Shown in pieces: positions 10,584-20,451 of a stretch of DNA of 61,296 bases. Under the pieces are notes generated by a model. The model worked only from the letters and a program-made list of their open reading frames with translations. It was not told where the DNA came from and made no database searches. Position 1 is the stretch's first letter. Each line of letters starts with the position of its first letter. Made by a program: the position numbers and the translations under genes. This DNA comes from Bacteroidales bacterium (GTDB taxonomy: Bacteria > Bacteroidota > Bacteroidia > Bacteroidales > WCHB1-69), in assembly GCA_017544105.1 (NCBI GenBank), contig JAFYEU010000049.1, positions 1 to 61,296 of the forward strand, in the 5' to 3' direction.

Positions 10584-11405
10584 TTATTGTGCAGTTTTGT
10601 CAGTTTCTATCAGTTGGTCGTAAAATTCATCATATAAGTCCACATAGTTGTCGTCTTCAGGATGGTGTAAGGTCAGTTTCTCCTGCTTCTCAATGTAGTT
10701 GAGGAGCCGTTTGCCAGTTCCCGGCGTGATGCATACCGCATCAGAATAGTCGATGGCCGTCTGTATCAGCTGGTCATACCCCGGATTGCGGAAATGGTTG
10801 AGGTTGGCAGTGGGAATGTTCGTCTGCTGCAACTTCTTCTTGAAGTTGGTCGGGAACTTCTCCGTAAAAGCGTCCGGCATGATGGAATAGACCAACTTGC
10901 TGTTCTGGAACAAAGGGTCGTCTTTGTAAACCGTCTTGATGAATAACGGCACCAAAGCGGAAATCCAGCCGATGCAATGGATGATGTCGGGATCCCAACC
11001 TAACTTGCGGACCGTTTCAATAACCCCCTTCGCATAAAAAATGGTGCGGGAGTCATTGTCCGGATAAAAAACATTGTTCTCGTCAAAATAGGTGCTCTTG
11101 CGTTTGAAAAAGTCTTCACTGTCGATGAAGTAGATCTGCATGCGTACACTTTGAAGCGAAGCCACCTTGATGATGAGCGGATGATCGGTATCTTCGATGA
11201 TAATGTTCTGTCCCGACAACCGAATTACCTCATGTAACATGTGACGATGGTCGTTCACACACCCGAATTTGGGCATGAAAGTCCGGATTTCATTCTTGCG
11301 CTCCTGAACCCCTTGAGGGAGGTATCTGCCAATATTGGAAATGTAACCTTCTGGTAGATAGGGAAATATCTCAGATGTCACATATAAAATCTTTTTCTTC
11401 TCCAT
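10584..11405 (-). CDS. Glycogen/starch synthase-like protein (short, catalytic-domain-only type)
   Basis: N-terminus MEKKKILYVTSEIFPYLPEG resembles the starch-synthase catalytic domain. Start 11405 was chosen because a -7 box (11427-11434) lies inside the longer ORF-track frame. Confidence 0.7.
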   Translation of the reverse strand: MEKKKILYVTSEIFPYLPEGYISNIGRYLPQGVQERKNEIRTFMPKFGCVNDHRHMLHEVIRLSGQNIIIEDTDHPLIIKVASLQSVRMQIYFIDSEDFFKRKSTYFDENNVFYPDNDSRTIFYAKGVIETVRKLGWDPDIIHCIGWISALVPLFIKTVYKDDPLFQNSKLVYSIMPDAFTEKFPTNFKKKLQQTNIPTANLNHFRNPGYDQLIQTAIDYSDAVCITPGTGKRLLNYIEKQEKLTLHHPEDDNYVDLYDEFYDQLIETDKTAQ

Positions 11406-11426
11406 TCGTAATTTTTTTTTCAGCCG

Positions 11427-11434
11427 CAAAGATA
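11427..11434 (-). promoter_or_regulatory. Putative -7 box (TATCTTTG on minus strand) for the glycogen-synthase-like/DUF4270/glmS/hflX unit
   Basis: CAAAGATA on the plus strand, 22 nt upstream of the start at 11405. Confidence 0.5.
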
Positions 11435-11477
11435 GCATTTTTTTTTTATTTTTTGGGATACGGAATTAAAAAAAATG

Positions 11478-11485
11478 TATTTTTG
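11478..11485 (+). promoter_or_regulatory. Putative -7 box TATTTTTG for tRNA-Leu
   Basis: TAnnTTTG match ending 13 nt before the first tRNA nucleotide. Confidence 0.55.
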
Positions 11486-11497
11486 CCGACCCTTAAA

Positions 11498-11581
11498 GCC
11501 CAGGTGGTGGAATTGGTAGACACGCTACTTTGAGGGGGTAGTGGGAGGACTCCCGTGCAAGTTCGACTCTTGTCCTGGGCA
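11498..11581 (+). tRNA. tRNA-Leu (anticodon GAG)
   Basis: Hand-folded cloverleaf. Acceptor stem GCCCAGG/CCTGGGC. Anticodon stem CTACT/GGTAG with loop TTGAGGG. Long variable arm GGGA-GGAC-TCCC. T-arm GCAAG-TTCGACT-CTTGT. No encoded CCA. Confidence 0.85.
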
Positions 11582-11587
11582 CATGCT

Positions 11588-11624
11588 AAAAGGCTTTCTT
11601 CTATACAGATAGAAAGCCTTTTTT
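11588..11624. terminator. Rho-independent terminator between tRNA-Leu and the convergent uvrC
   Basis: 12-bp stem AAAAGGCTTTCT/AGAAAGCCTTTT with an 11-nt loop and a T-tract on the plus strand. The signal is weaker on the minus strand. Confidence 0.7.
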
Positions 11625-11638
11625 CTTTTCCCTCTCCC

Positions 11639-13423
11639 TTATTTCCGGTCTGAAGTTTGCGCTAGATAGGCCTTCAATGCGGATGCACGCTTGGCGCCTA
11701 TTACCTCGGCTAAAGCCTCTTCCGTTGCGCCCTGAATGCCGGATAAGGAGCGAAACTCCTGGAGCAACCGCTTCTTGAGCACCGGCCCAATCCCCGGCGC
11801 ATCGTCCAATACCGAATGAATGCTGGTCTTGGAACGCCTCTTGCGATGGTGGGTGATGCCGAAGTGATGCACTTCGTCACGTACCTGCTGCAACAACCGC
11901 TGTGCCTCCGACCGCTTGTCGATATAGACGGGCAGGTCGTCGCCTACCTTGTAGATGTCCTCCAAACGCTTGGCGATGCCGACCACCATCAGCCGGTCTT
12001 CAATGTGCAACGCCTGGATGGCGCGGTAGGCCGCATGTAGCTGACCCTTGCCACCGTCAATCACCACCAGGTCGGGCAGGGGCTTGTCCTCCTCTAATAG
12101 CCGATGATAACGCCGGAAAACCACCTCTTCCATCGTGGCAAAGTCGTCCGCACCTACCACCGTCTTGATGTTGAAGTGGCGGTACTCCTTCTTCGCCGGC
12201 TTCCCGTCCATGAAACAGATCATGGCTGCTACCGGGTCTTCACCCTGTGTGTTGGAGTTGTCGAAGCACTCGATGTGCCGCGGCATGGTCTTCATGTTTA
12301 ACGCCTCTTTTAAAGACTGCAGCACACGCTGGCTCCGTCGCTCCGGATTGACCAAGTCCTGCCGTTTTTTCTTCTCCAGCATGTAAAAATGCGCATTACG
12401 CGTCGCTAACTCCACCAGCTTGCGCTTCTCCCCACGCTGCGGCACTTGGATGTCCCAACCCTCCGGGACCAGCTTCGGCATGAAGGGTACCAACAAGGTG
12501 CCTGAAAGTCCGCCCATCCGCGACGAGATCTCCAGAATGCCATTCCATAAGGTGTCCTCACTGTCGCGCTCCAGATGGTTGCTAATCTCGATCGTGGCAG
12601 CCTGGACTACCGCCCCGCTCACAATACGCAAGAAACTGATGTATGCGCAGTCTTCTTCTTCCTCTAATCCGAATACGTCCAAATCGGTGATGGAAGTGCT
12701 CACCACAACCGACTTGCCGATGAAATGCTGAAGGACTTCAATGCGCCGCTTGAGTTCGGAGGCTTTCTCAAACTCCCATCGCTCCGCAAGGTCCATCATC
12801 TCTTCCTTTAGCTCGTTGATGACCTCATGGCGTTTTCCCTTGATGATGTCGGTGATGCGCTGGATGTTTTTCTGATAATCCTCTTTCGAGATCAATCCGC
12901 AACAAGGGGCAGGACACCGTTTTAGCTGATATTGCATGCAAGGACGGTCGTTCTGGACCAAGCGACGACAACTGCGTAATGGGAACATGTCCCCAATGGT
13001 CTCCAACAGCACATTCATCGCCTTGACGGAAGAGTAGGGGCCGAAAAGCTGCATGGTGGCGGGATCCGGACGGCGCGTGGAAAACACCCGCGGGAACTCC
13101 TCTTTGCTGATGGCTATCCATGGATACGACTTGTCGTCCTTCAACATGATGTTGTATCGCGGCTTGAACTGCTTGATCATGCTGTTCTCCAACAACAGAG
13201 CTTCCCATTCGGTGTCCACCACCGTGGTCTGGATGTCGCGGATCTTCTTCACCAACATCCTGACTTTGGCCGATTCATGCTCTTTGTTGAAGTATGATGA
13301 CACACGCCTCTTCAACCGCTTCGCCTTTCCGACATAGAGGATGGTCCCGTCTTCGTCAAAAAAACGGTACACCCCCGGCTTCTCCGGCAACGATTGTAAT
13401 ATGAGGCGCAAGTTCTCTCTCAC
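11639..13423 (-). CDS. uvrC: Excinuclease ABC subunit C
   Basis: GIY-YIG N-terminus (GVYRFFDEDGTILYVGKAKRLKRRVSSYF), UvrC central and endonuclease domains, C-terminal HhH. 594 aa. Confidence 0.95.
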   Translation of the reverse strand: MRENLRLILQSLPEKPGVYRFFDEDGTILYVGKAKRLKRRVSSYFNKEHESAKVRMLVKKIRDIQTTVVDTEWEALLLENSMIKQFKPRYNIMLKDDKSYPWIAISKEEFPRVFSTRRPDPATMQLFGPYSSVKAMNVLLETIGDMFPLRSCRRLVQNDRPCMQYQLKRCPAPCCGLISKEDYQKNIQRITDIIKGKRHEVINELKEEMMDLAERWEFEKASELKRRIEVLQHFIGKSVVVSTSITDLDVFGLEEEEDCAYISFLRIVSGAVVQAATIEISNHLERDSEDTLWNGILEISSRMGGLSGTLLVPFMPKLVPEGWDIQVPQRGEKRKLVELATRNAHFYMLEKKKRQDLVNPERRSQRVLQSLKEALNMKTMPRHIECFDNSNTQGEDPVAAMICFMDGKPAKKEYRHFNIKTVVGADDFATMEEVVFRRYHRLLEEDKPLPDLVVIDGGKGQLHAAYRAIQALHIEDRLMVVGIAKRLEDIYKVGDDLPVYIDKRSEAQRLLQQVRDEVHHFGITHHRKRRSKTSIHSVLDDAPGIGPVLKKRLLQEFRSLSGIQGATEEALAEVIGAKRASALKAYLAQTSDRK

Positions 13424-13437
13424 GTGTCAGCAGCTTG

Positions 13438-14529
13438 TCAATAGTCAATCATGGGTTTGTAGTGGGAACTCAAAAGCAGGTGCCCCGGGTTGATGCCGAC
13501 ATTGAAACTCTTTTTCAATTTCCCATCGCGGTCAAACCAGTAGATCTTGCCGCTGACTACGAAATTCTTGGCATCGCTGATGAAAACATCCCCGTTGATA
13601 GGGTTTATGCAGATGGAGTAGGGGGTCTCAATCTGCGTCCCGTCGGTAATGAAATTATCCGTAACCATCTCGTCACTATCCAAATCCAACACTTTGATCC
13701 AAGAAGCATGAGTGTTGAAGTCGTAGTGATACAGATAGGCGTAGTGATTGTACAGATAGAAGTTGAGGACCGCTAAGTCATAGGTCTTGACCACCTCGTC
13801 GGTCTGAGCGTCAATCTTCACGAAGTTGTAAGGGATGTCCCCATAGTCTCCACGTGTGACCACGTATACGTAGTGCTCGTTATAGCTTTGCAAAATGCCG
13901 GGGTTCGTCCCTACCTCGATCTCCTTGATGACGCTGAAGGTGCCCGGATCAATGACAGATACGGTATGTCCATAGTTTGGCGCGTTGAGACCGCCGCAGT
14001 TTGACACGTACAGCTTGCCGCGGCAAACGCAGATGCCGTCCGGATTGGAGCCCGAATGGACGGTCCCGTCTATCTCCAAAGTGGTGGTGTCAATGCGGAC
14101 CACATCGCCATCAAAGCAGGTGACATACGCCTTGGATTTGTGAAAGGCCAAATAACGAGGCTGCTTGCCTGTCAAGTAGATAGCCTTTAGAGATGTGCCG
14201 TCAGGGTTCATGATTTCCACCGTGTTGGAATTGTTGACCACACAATACAGCTTGGAACCATAACGCTGCAGGTCGTTCCCGGTGTCACCCAATCCGCGGC
14301 CGTTCTGCTGCAGAAAAAGGTCGCTGGTCAACTCCCCGGTCTGGAAGTTGTAAAAGGACAAGGTGCTGTTGTTCATTTGAAAAACACCTTCGTTAAGGAT
14401 GTAGATGCCGTCGGCAAAACTGTCGGGCACGGGCGTGGGCTCAGGGCCGGGACGGTTACAGGAGGAAGATAAGCCCCAAAATCCGATGAGGATGAACAGC
14501 AGGGCTTGGAAGATATTTCCTTTTTTCAT
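13438..14529 (-). CDS. YncE-like beta-propeller surface lipoprotein (DUF5074-like)
   Basis: Lipoprotein signal (GLSSSC). N-terminal GIYILNEGVFQMNNSTLSFYN...LGDTGNDL...KLYCVVNNSNTVEIM pattern, followed by repeated propeller blades. Confidence 0.6.
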   Translation of the reverse strand: MKKGNIFQALLFILIGFWGLSSSCNRPGPEPTPVPDSFADGIYILNEGVFQMNNSTLSFYNFQTGELTSDLFLQQNGRGLGDTGNDLQRYGSKLYCVVNNSNTVEIMNPDGTSLKAIYLTGKQPRYLAFHKSKAYVTCFDGDVVRIDTTTLEIDGTVHSGSNPDGICVCRGKLYVSNCGGLNAPNYGHTVSVIDPGTFSVIKEIEVGTNPGILQSYNEHYVYVVTRGDYGDIPYNFVKIDAQTDEVVKTYDLAVLNFYLYNHYAYLYHYDFNTHASWIKVLDLDSDEMVTDNFITDGTQIETPYSICINPINGDVFISDAKNFVVSGKIYWFDRDGKLKKSFNVGINPGHLLLSSHYKPMIDY

Positions 14530-14553
14530 ATTCGTCGAGTTTGATTAAGCGGG

Positions 14554-14561
14554 CAAAAGTA
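14554..14561 (-). promoter_or_regulatory. Putative -7 box (TACTTTTG on minus strand) for the DUF5074-like/uvrC unit
   Basis: CAAAAGTA on the plus strand, 25 nt upstream of the start at 14529. Confidence 0.5.
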
Positions 14562-14584
14562 CATTTTTTTCATATCTCCTAAAA

Positions 14585-14614
14585 CGAAAAAAGGCTCCCC
14601 GGGGAGGGGAACCT
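14585..14614 (-). terminator. Rho-independent terminator after the rpmG/DUF4295 unit
   Basis: GC-rich hairpin GGCTCCCC/GGGGAACC (one mismatch) with a 6-nt loop, followed by T6 on the minus strand. Confidence 0.6.
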
Positions 14615-14638
14615 TTCTTCAACCATGAAAACAAAATA

Positions 14639-14794
14639 TTACTTTTTAGCCAAAAAGTCTTTTACAGTGGTGGAGTCAACCACAGCTTCCTTGAAGGTGT
14701 AGGCTCCAGTTTTCGGTGAACGTTCCATTCTCACCACGCGGGTGTAAGTTACGCCACCTTCTCTTTTCAACGTTGCAACTACTTTCTTTGCCAT
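14639..14794 (-). CDS. Small DUF4295-like protein (51 aa), not in the ORF track
   Basis: Hand translation gives MAKKVVATLKREGGVTYTRVVRMERSPKTGAYTFKEAVVDSTTVKDFLAKK. It lies 15 nt downstream of rpmG, where Bacteroidota usually carry a DUF4295 gene. Confidence 0.6.
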   Translation of the reverse strand: MAKKVVATLKREGGVTYTRVVRMERSPKTGAYTFKEAVVDSTTVKDFLAKK

Positions 14795-14809
14795 CTTTCT
14801 TGGATTTTA

Positions 14810-14998
14810 TTATTTAACTTCTTTGTGAATGGTCATACGTTTCAAATAGGGATTGTATTTCTTCAATTCCAATCTGTCAGGAGTGTTCTTTCTGTTCTTC
14901 GTGGTTATATAACGAGACATTCCGGGAACCCCACTGGCCTTCTGTTCTGTGCACTCAAGAATGACTTGTTGACGTGCTTCTTTAGTTTTCTTTGCCAT
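14810..14998 (-). CDS. rpmG: 50S ribosomal protein L33
   Basis: 62-aa basic protein [62 protein letters not shown], typical of L33. Confidence 0.9.
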   Translation of the reverse strand: MAKKTKEARQQVILECTEQKASGVPGMSRYITTKNRKNTPDRLELKKYNPYLKRMTIHKEVK

Positions 14999-15026
14999 AT
15001 TTTTACCTCTTCAATTTTTAACTCGG

Positions 15027-15034
15027 CAAAAATA
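15027..15034 (-). promoter_or_regulatory. Putative -7 box (TATTTTTG on minus strand) for rpmG
   Basis: CAAAAATA on the plus strand, 29 nt upstream of the rpmG start. Confidence 0.5.
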
Positions 15035-15131
15035 CACTTTTTTTTAATATGCCGTATCCTTGCCGCGATATTTTTTGTTACTATTCTTGTTGTATTGTAA
15101 TATTTTGAAAATTAGATATATATAACGATTC

Positions 15132-16145
15132 CTAGTCGGTCAGAAGCTCCCAAAGTCGATCCTTTAGCTCTGTGAGATGCTGGTTGGTGATAGCCGAAAT
15201 GGAAACGAGCGGCCAATATTTTGGCAAAACCTGTTCCATTTTTCGGACCTCTTCTTCGGTGGTCAGATCGCATTTGGTGAGCGCAATCAGATACCGCTTG
15301 TCCAGCAGTTCCGGATTGTATTGCCGAAGTTCGTTGCGAAGGATATCAAACTCTTTTTGGATCTCTTCCGGGCTCTTCAGACCCTCTTCCGATGCGATGG
15401 GGATCATATAGAGCAATACGGAGTTGCGTTCGATATGCCGCAGAAAGCGCAATCCAATGCCTTTGCCTTCAGACGCACCCTCAATGATGCCTGGGATGTC
15501 AGCAATGACGAAGGATTGGAAGTCTCGGTAGGCGACCATGCCAAGGTTGGGCTTCAAGGTGGTGAAGGGATAGTTGGCGATCTTGGGCCTTGCATTGGAA
15601 ATCTGGCTAATCAGCGTGGACTTGCCCGCATTGGGGAAACCAACCAGGCCCACGTCGGCCAACACCTTCAACTCCAAAGATATCCACCCCTCCACGCCAG
15701 ACTCGCCTGGCTGTGCAAATCGCGGGGTCTGCATGGTGGCACTCTTGAAGTGGACATTGCCCAGTCCGCCTCGACCGCCGCGCATGACCACCAACTCTTC
15801 GCCGTCTTCCAGCACCTCTCCGACTATTTCGTCTGTGTCCACCAGCTTCACGATGGTGCCCAAGGGGACATCAATGTAGGCATCGTCACCATTCTTGCCG
15901 AAGCATTGGTTCTTCTGCCCATTCTCCCCATTGCCTGCAAAGACGTGCTTCGTGTAGCGCAGGTGCAGCAGTGTCCATAGGTTACGGTTGCCCCTGACGA
16001 TGATGCTGCCGCCTTTGCCGCCGTCGCCACCATCGGGTCCCGCCTTGGGATTCCTCGCCGTGCGTGCAAGATGCGCCGATCCGCCGCCGCCGTTACCCGA
16101 CCGCCCGAATATCTTTACCAGGTCTATAAATTGCTCCTCTGCCAT
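15132..16145 (-). CDS. obg: GTPase Obg/CgtA
   Basis: Obg-fold N-terminus MAEEQFIDLVKIFGRSGNGGGGS. G-domain GLVGFPNAGKSTLIS and DIPGIIEGA. ATG at 16145 was chosen over the upstream in-frame Met at 16229, whose extension would run through a hairpin. Confidence 0.9.
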   Translation of the reverse strand: MAEEQFIDLVKIFGRSGNGGGGSAHLARTARNPKAGPDGGDGGKGGSIIVRGNRNLWTLLHLRYTKHVFAGNGENGQKNQCFGKNGDDAYIDVPLGTIVKLVDTDEIVGEVLEDGEELVVMRGGRGGLGNVHFKSATMQTPRFAQPGESGVEGWISLELKVLADVGLVGFPNAGKSTLISQISNARPKIANYPFTTLKPNLGMVAYRDFQSFVIADIPGIIEGASEGKGIGLRFLRHIERNSVLLYMIPIASEEGLKSPEEIQKEFDILRNELRQYNPELLDKRYLIALTKCDLTTEEEVRKMEQVLPKYWPLVSISAITNQHLTELKDRLWELLTD

Positions 16146-16176
16146 GATTCTGGATTCTTGATGGGATAAAACAAAA

Positions 16177-16198
16177 GCACTTACGCTTCGGTAAGTGC
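16177..16198 (-). terminator. Hairpin between rpsJ and obg (terminator or attenuator candidate)
   Basis: 8-bp stem GCACTTAC/GTAAGTGC with a 6-nt loop, followed on the minus strand by TTTTGTTTT. It lies 31 nt upstream of the obg ATG. Confidence 0.5.
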
Positions 16199-16259
16199 CT
16201 TCGCTTCTGGCTTTGATAACGCCTTCCACTAGGGGTGGACCGACGTTATGCTCCCTTCA

Positions 16260-16574
16260 TCAGACTTTGATCTCTACATCAACACCACTGGGCAATTCCA
16301 GCTTCATCAATGCGTCAATCGTCTTGGTGGTCGTACCATAGATGTCCAGAATTCTCTTGTATGTGGAGAGTTGGAATTGCTCTCTGGACTTCTTGTTGAC
16401 GAACGTGGAACGGTTGACAGTGAAAATCTTGGTGTGCGTTGGCAATGGAATAGGGCCAACCAAAACGACCTTGTCGTCTTTCACACCCTCTACGGTCTTA
16501 ACGATCTTCTCGGCAGACTTGTCTACCAAAGTATGATCGAAGGATTTTAATTTAATTCTGATTCTGTGACTCAT
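16260..16574 (-). CDS. rpsJ: 30S ribosomal protein S10
   Basis: [28 protein letters not shown]...[16 protein letters not shown]. 104 aa. Confidence 0.95.
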   Translation of the reverse strand: MSHRIRIKLKSFDHTLVDKSAEKIVKTVEGVKDDKVVLVGPIPLPTHTKIFTVNRSTFVNKKSREQFQLSTYKRILDIYGTTTKTIDALMKLELPSGVDVEIKV

Positions 16575-16615
16575 CTTGTTTATTTATTACGTAATAATTA
16601 ATTTATTTTTTGTCT

Positions 16616-18709
16616 CTATAATAAAAATCTACCTTCATTTACGATGTATTCCTTGATGTCGGCAGGTACCTCGGCATAAGCCAGGAACTCCATGCTGTAG
16701 GAGGCACGGCCGGAAGAAATGGAACGCAGGGTGGTTACATATCCGAACATCTCCGCCAAGGGAACCTTGGCCTTGATGGTCTGGAAACCGACTTTGGCAT
16801 CGATGCTTTCCAGAATGGAACGCCGACGGTTCAAGTCGCCCGTGACATTGCCGATATATTCGTCCGGTGTGTTGATCTCCACTCTCATGATAGGCTCCAG
16901 TATGCGGGTGTCGGTCTCCTTGATGGCATCGCGGAAGCCAATCTTGGCGCATACCTCGAAAGCCATGGCGTCGGAGTCCACCGCGTGGGTCTCGCCATCC
17001 AAAACCGTGACCTGCATGCTCTCCAGAGGGAACCCCCACTTGCCGTTCGACATGGCCGTTTGGAAGCCTTTCTCGACGGCAGGCATATACTCCTTGGGGA
17101 TAGCTCCGTTGCTCACCTTGTTGATGAACTGCAAACCGCGGGCATCATCGTCGGCAGGGGCCAACTCGAAGTCTATCTTGGCGTAAGATCCCTTGCCTCC
17201 CGTCTGGCGTTTGTAAACGGCCAGATGATGCAACGGCTCCGACAAGGCCTCTTTGTAGGTGACTCTCGGCTTGCCATGGTTGCATTCAACGCTGTATTCG
17301 CGTTTCAGACGGTCAAGCAGAATCTCCAGATGCAACTCACCCATGCCGCTAATGAGCAGTTGGCCGGTCTCCTCACTCTGTGTGACCACAAAGGTCGGGT
17401 CTTCGTCGGCCAGCTTGCCCAGCGCCAGAATCAGCTTCTCCTCGTCATCTTTCGTTTTGGGCTCGATGGCGATTTGGATGACTGGCTCCGGGAAGGTGAT
17501 GTTCTCCAACAGGATAGGATGCTTGTCGTCGGTGAGACTGTCGCCGGTGTGAATCTCCTTCATGCCCACCAACGCGGCAATGTTGCCGGCCGACACGCTG
17601 TCTAACGGCTGTTGCTTGTTGGAGTGCATTTGAAGGATCTTGGCAACGCGTTCCCGTTTGCCTGTGGAGGCATTGAAGACGGTCTCACCCGACTTCAGCT
17701 CTCCGGAATAGACCTTGATGAACGTCAACTTGCCTACGTAGGGATCCGTGGCGATCTTGAAAGCCAAGGCGGAGAAAGGTGCGGTCACATCCATCGTCCT
17801 CTTCTCCTCCTGCTCGTTCTTGGGGTTGATGCCGGTGATGGCCGGCATGTCCAAGGGGGAGGGGAGATACATGACAATGGCGTCCAGCAACTTCTGTACA
17901 CCTTTGTTCTTGAAGGAGGAACCGCAAAGTACCGGTTCGATCTGACGGGCGATGGTGGCGCTCCGGAGGGCCTCTATGATCTCTTCCTGGCTGATGCTGT
18001 CCGCATCCTCCAGATACTTCTCCATGAAGGCTTCGTCCAACTCGGAAAGGGTCTCCAGAATGTTGGTGCGACCTTGTTGCGCCTCTTCGGCCATGTCAGC
18101 GGGGACGGGCACCTCTGTGTAGGTGGCGCCTAAAGTGTCCTCCTCCCATTGATAGGCTTTCATCTCGATGAGATCCACGATGCCCACGAAGCTGTTCTCG
18201 GCTCCGATAGGCAGCTGCAATGGCAGCGGGTGGGCGTGCAAACGCTCCTGGATCTGTTTCACTACGGATTGGAAGTTGGCGCCGGCACGGTCCATCTTGT
18301 TGACATAGCATATCCGGGCCACATTGTATTTGTTGGCCTGGTGCCAGACAGTCTCGGACTGAGCCTCCACGCCGCCCACTGCACAGAAGATGGCAACCGC
18401 CCCGTCCAAAATGCGAAGGGAGCGCTCCACCTCCACGGTGAAGTCCACATGCCCCGGCGTGTCAATGATGTTGATCTTGTACTCGCCAGCGTCATGCTTC
18501 CAAAAGACGGTTGTGGCCGCACTTGTGATCGTGATGCCACGCTCCTGCTCCTGAACCATCCAGTCCATGGTAGCAGTGCCCTCGTCCACTTCCCCAATCT
18601 TGTAGTTCTTGCCCGTATAATAGAGAATACGCTCCGTCGTCGTCGTCTTGCCGGCGTCGATGTGAGCCATAATCCCAATGTTGCGAATATTCTCCAACTC
18701 TTGTGACAT
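16616..18709 (-). CDS. fusA: Elongation factor G
   Basis: [36 protein letters not shown]. All five EF-G domains are recognisable. It sits in the str-operon position. 697 aa, somewhat divergent from the canonical Bacteroides EF-G. Confidence 0.92.
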   Translation of the reverse strand: MSQELENIRNIGIMAHIDAGKTTTTERILYYTGKNYKIGEVDEGTATMDWMVQEQERGITITSAATTVFWKHDAGEYKINIIDTPGHVDFTVEVERSLRILDGAVAIFCAVGGVEAQSETVWHQANKYNVARICYVNKMDRAGANFQSVVKQIQERLHAHPLPLQLPIGAENSFVGIVDLIEMKAYQWEEDTLGATYTEVPVPADMAEEAQQGRTNILETLSELDEAFMEKYLEDADSISQEEIIEALRSATIARQIEPVLCGSSFKNKGVQKLLDAIVMYLPSPLDMPAITGINPKNEQEEKRTMDVTAPFSALAFKIATDPYVGKLTFIKVYSGELKSGETVFNASTGKRERVAKILQMHSNKQQPLDSVSAGNIAALVGMKEIHTGDSLTDDKHPILLENITFPEPVIQIAIEPKTKDDEEKLILALGKLADEDPTFVVTQSEETGQLLISGMGELHLEILLDRLKREYSVECNHGKPRVTYKEALSEPLHHLAVYKRQTGGKGSYAKIDFELAPADDDARGLQFINKVSNGAIPKEYMPAVEKGFQTAMSNGKWGFPLESMQVTVLDGETHAVDSDAMAFEVCAKIGFRDAIKETDTRILEPIMRVEINTPDEYIGNVTGDLNRRRSILESIDAKVGFQTIKAKVPLAEMFGYVTTLRSISSGRASYSMEFLAYAEVPADIKEYIVNEGRFLL

Positions 18710-18757
18710 GATGATTCTCTTGAATACGGTCGTAAATGAAAGGCAGAGAATGATTGA

Positions 18758-19225
18758 TTACATCCGCATGTGAGCAAATGCCTTGTTGGCTTCTGCCATT
18801 CTGTGGATTTCCTCTTTCTTCTTGAAAGCGGCACCCTCACTCTTGTAAGCGGCCATGATCTCCTGGGCCAGTTTGTCGGCCATGGTCTGCTCATGACGCT
18901 TGCGAGCAAAGGATATTAAGTTTTTCATACCTACTGATTGCTTTCTGCCCGGCTTGATTTCCTCGGGGACAGGCAATGTGGTACCACCGACACGCTTGCT
19001 CTTCACCTCAACACTCGGGGTGACATTCTCCAGCGCTTTTTTCCATACTTCAAGACCGTTCTCTTTGGTCTTCTCCTCTACAATGTCGATGGCTTTGTAG
19101 AAGATCTCAAACGCGAGATTCTTCTTTCCCTTCAACATAATATTGTTCACGAACTTCGTTACCTGTTCGTCATTGAATTTCGGATCCGGAAGAATGATCC
19201 TTTTCTTTGCATGTGAATTTCTCAT
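18758..19225 (-). CDS. rpsG: 30S ribosomal protein S7
   Basis: 155 aa: ...[26 protein letters not shown]...[15 protein letters not shown]. Confidence 0.95.
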   Translation of the reverse strand: MRNSHAKKRIILPDPKFNDEQVTKFVNNIMLKGKKNLAFEIFYKAIDIVEEKTKENGLEVWKKALENVTPSVEVKSKRVGGTTLPVPEEIKPGRKQSVGMKNLISFARKRHEQTMADKLAQEIMAAYKSEGAAFKKKEEIHRMAEANKAFAHMRM

Positions 19226-19308
19226 AACTTTGTATCTTCAATAATGTTTATTTACTCTTGAATCACCAATCACGGCGTTCAATTTACTGTTTCAGGTGCC
19301 CTGTTTTT

Positions 19309-19689
19309 TTATTTGGCTGCTTTAGGTCTCTTGGCACCATATTTGGAACGACCTTGATGACGACCGTCAACGCCGGCAGAGTCCAACGCACCACGGACGA
19401 TGTGATATCTTACGCCAGGGAGGTCTTTCACACGACCGCCGCGCACCAACACGATGCTGTGCTCCTGCAAGTTGTGTCCTTCACCACCGATGTAGGCGTT
19501 CACCTCCTTACCGTTGGTCATTCTTACTCTCGCCACCTTACGCATGGCTGAATTAGGTTTCTTCGGGGTCGTAGTGTAAACCCTCAAACAAACGCCGCGA
19601 CGTTGCGGACAGGCATCCAATGCCTTGGACTTACTTTGTGAAGTAAGTTTCTTTCTTCCTTTTCTTACTAATTGTTGAATAGTAGGCAT
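19309..19689 (-). CDS. rpsL: 30S ribosomal protein S12
   Basis: [12 protein letters not shown]...[21 protein letters not shown]...[19 protein letters not shown]. Confidence 0.95.
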   Translation of the reverse strand: MPTIQQLVRKGRKKLTSQSKSKALDACPQRRGVCLRVYTTTPKKPNSAMRKVARVRMTNGKEVNAYIGGEGHNLQEHSIVLVRGGRVKDLPGVRYHIVRGALDSAGVDGRHQGRSKYGAKRPKAAK

Positions 19690-19750
19690 ACAATTTTTAC
19701 TTTGTTAAACTTTTAATTTAGATTGATTTAAACCCAATTTTTTGGGCCTG

Positions 19751-19758
19751 CAAAAATA
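19751..19758 (-). promoter_or_regulatory. Putative -7 box (TATTTTTG on minus strand) for the rpsL-rpsG-fusA-rpsJ operon
   Basis: CAAAAATA on the plus strand, 62 nt upstream of the rpsL start. Confidence 0.5.
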
Positions 19759-19879
19759 CATTTTTTTCGTTTCAATGTCGCATCCCTCCCTATTTTTTTT
19801 CAAGAGGTCAGAAAAAGCTTTGTTTTCCCACGGGAGAGCGACTTTCACTGTTGTTGACCGGACAGGTTTCAACAGCCAT

Positions 19880-19904
19880 AAAAAAAGGCGGCCATTCGGC
19901 CGCC
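19880..19904 (-). terminator. Rho-independent terminator after the periplasmic Spy-like gene
   Basis: 7-bp GC stem GGCGGCC/GGCCGCC with a 4-nt loop, followed by T7 on the minus strand. Confidence 0.7.
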
Positions 19905-19917
19905 CGCTGTTTTTTCG

Positions 19918-20439
19918 TTATCTCTTCGGCTTGCTTTGCGCAGGCGTGTCACTTCCTTTGCTGGTCGTCTTCTGGGGAGTGGCCGCCTTGCTCTTCTGAG
20001 CAATGGCATTGCGCTTGAACTGCTCGTCATAAGTGTAGAAGTCGAACAAGTGCCGCGGCGTGAGAATGGTCTTGATCTTCTTGTAGAAGCTGGCTTCCAG
20101 CGCGCTCAGGTTCTTCTTGAGTTCCATCTTCTGATCCATCATATAGGTGATCTGATCGGAAGAGACACTTTCGATGCTCTCCTTGTTGCGCGGATCATAT
20201 TTGATTTTCTTGCTCTCCAGATTTTTGCGGAAAGTCTCATGGTAGTTCATTTCACTGCGCAAATATTTCTCATACTCCGCCCAGAAAGTCTTGGCCTCCG
20301 TGGCGTTGAGCTTGAGATGCTCTTTCATGAAGGCTACTCTGTTTTGTATTTTCTTTTCCACATCAGTGGTGGGGTTCTGCGCGGAAGCAATCCATACACC
20401 GCATAAAACCAGGGTGAGGGTTAACAAAATCTTTTTCAT
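19918..20439 (-). CDS. Periplasmic helical protein, possibly a Spy/CpxP-like stress chaperone
   Basis: Signal peptide MKKILLTLTLVLCGVWIASAQ. Charged helical sequence and a K/P/S/T-rich tail. It is the third gene of an ECF sigma / anti-sigma module, a common Bacteroidota arrangement. Confidence 0.4.
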   Translation of the reverse strand: MKKILLTLTLVLCGVWIASAQNPTTDVEKKIQNRVAFMKEHLKLNATEAKTFWAEYEKYLRSEMNYHETFRKNLESKKIKYDPRNKESIESVSSDQITYMMDQKMELKKNLSALEASFYKKIKTILTPRHLFDFYTYDEQFKRNAIAQKSKAATPQKTTSKGSDTPAQSKPKR

Positions 20440-20451
20440 CGTATTGGCTTT

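Noticed and set aside
18262-18909. 215-aa minus-strand ORF spanning the fusA/rpsG junction in another frame.
   Set aside because: It overlaps two highly conserved genes out of frame. Its translation is Arg/Ser/Trp/Pro-rich with no motifs.
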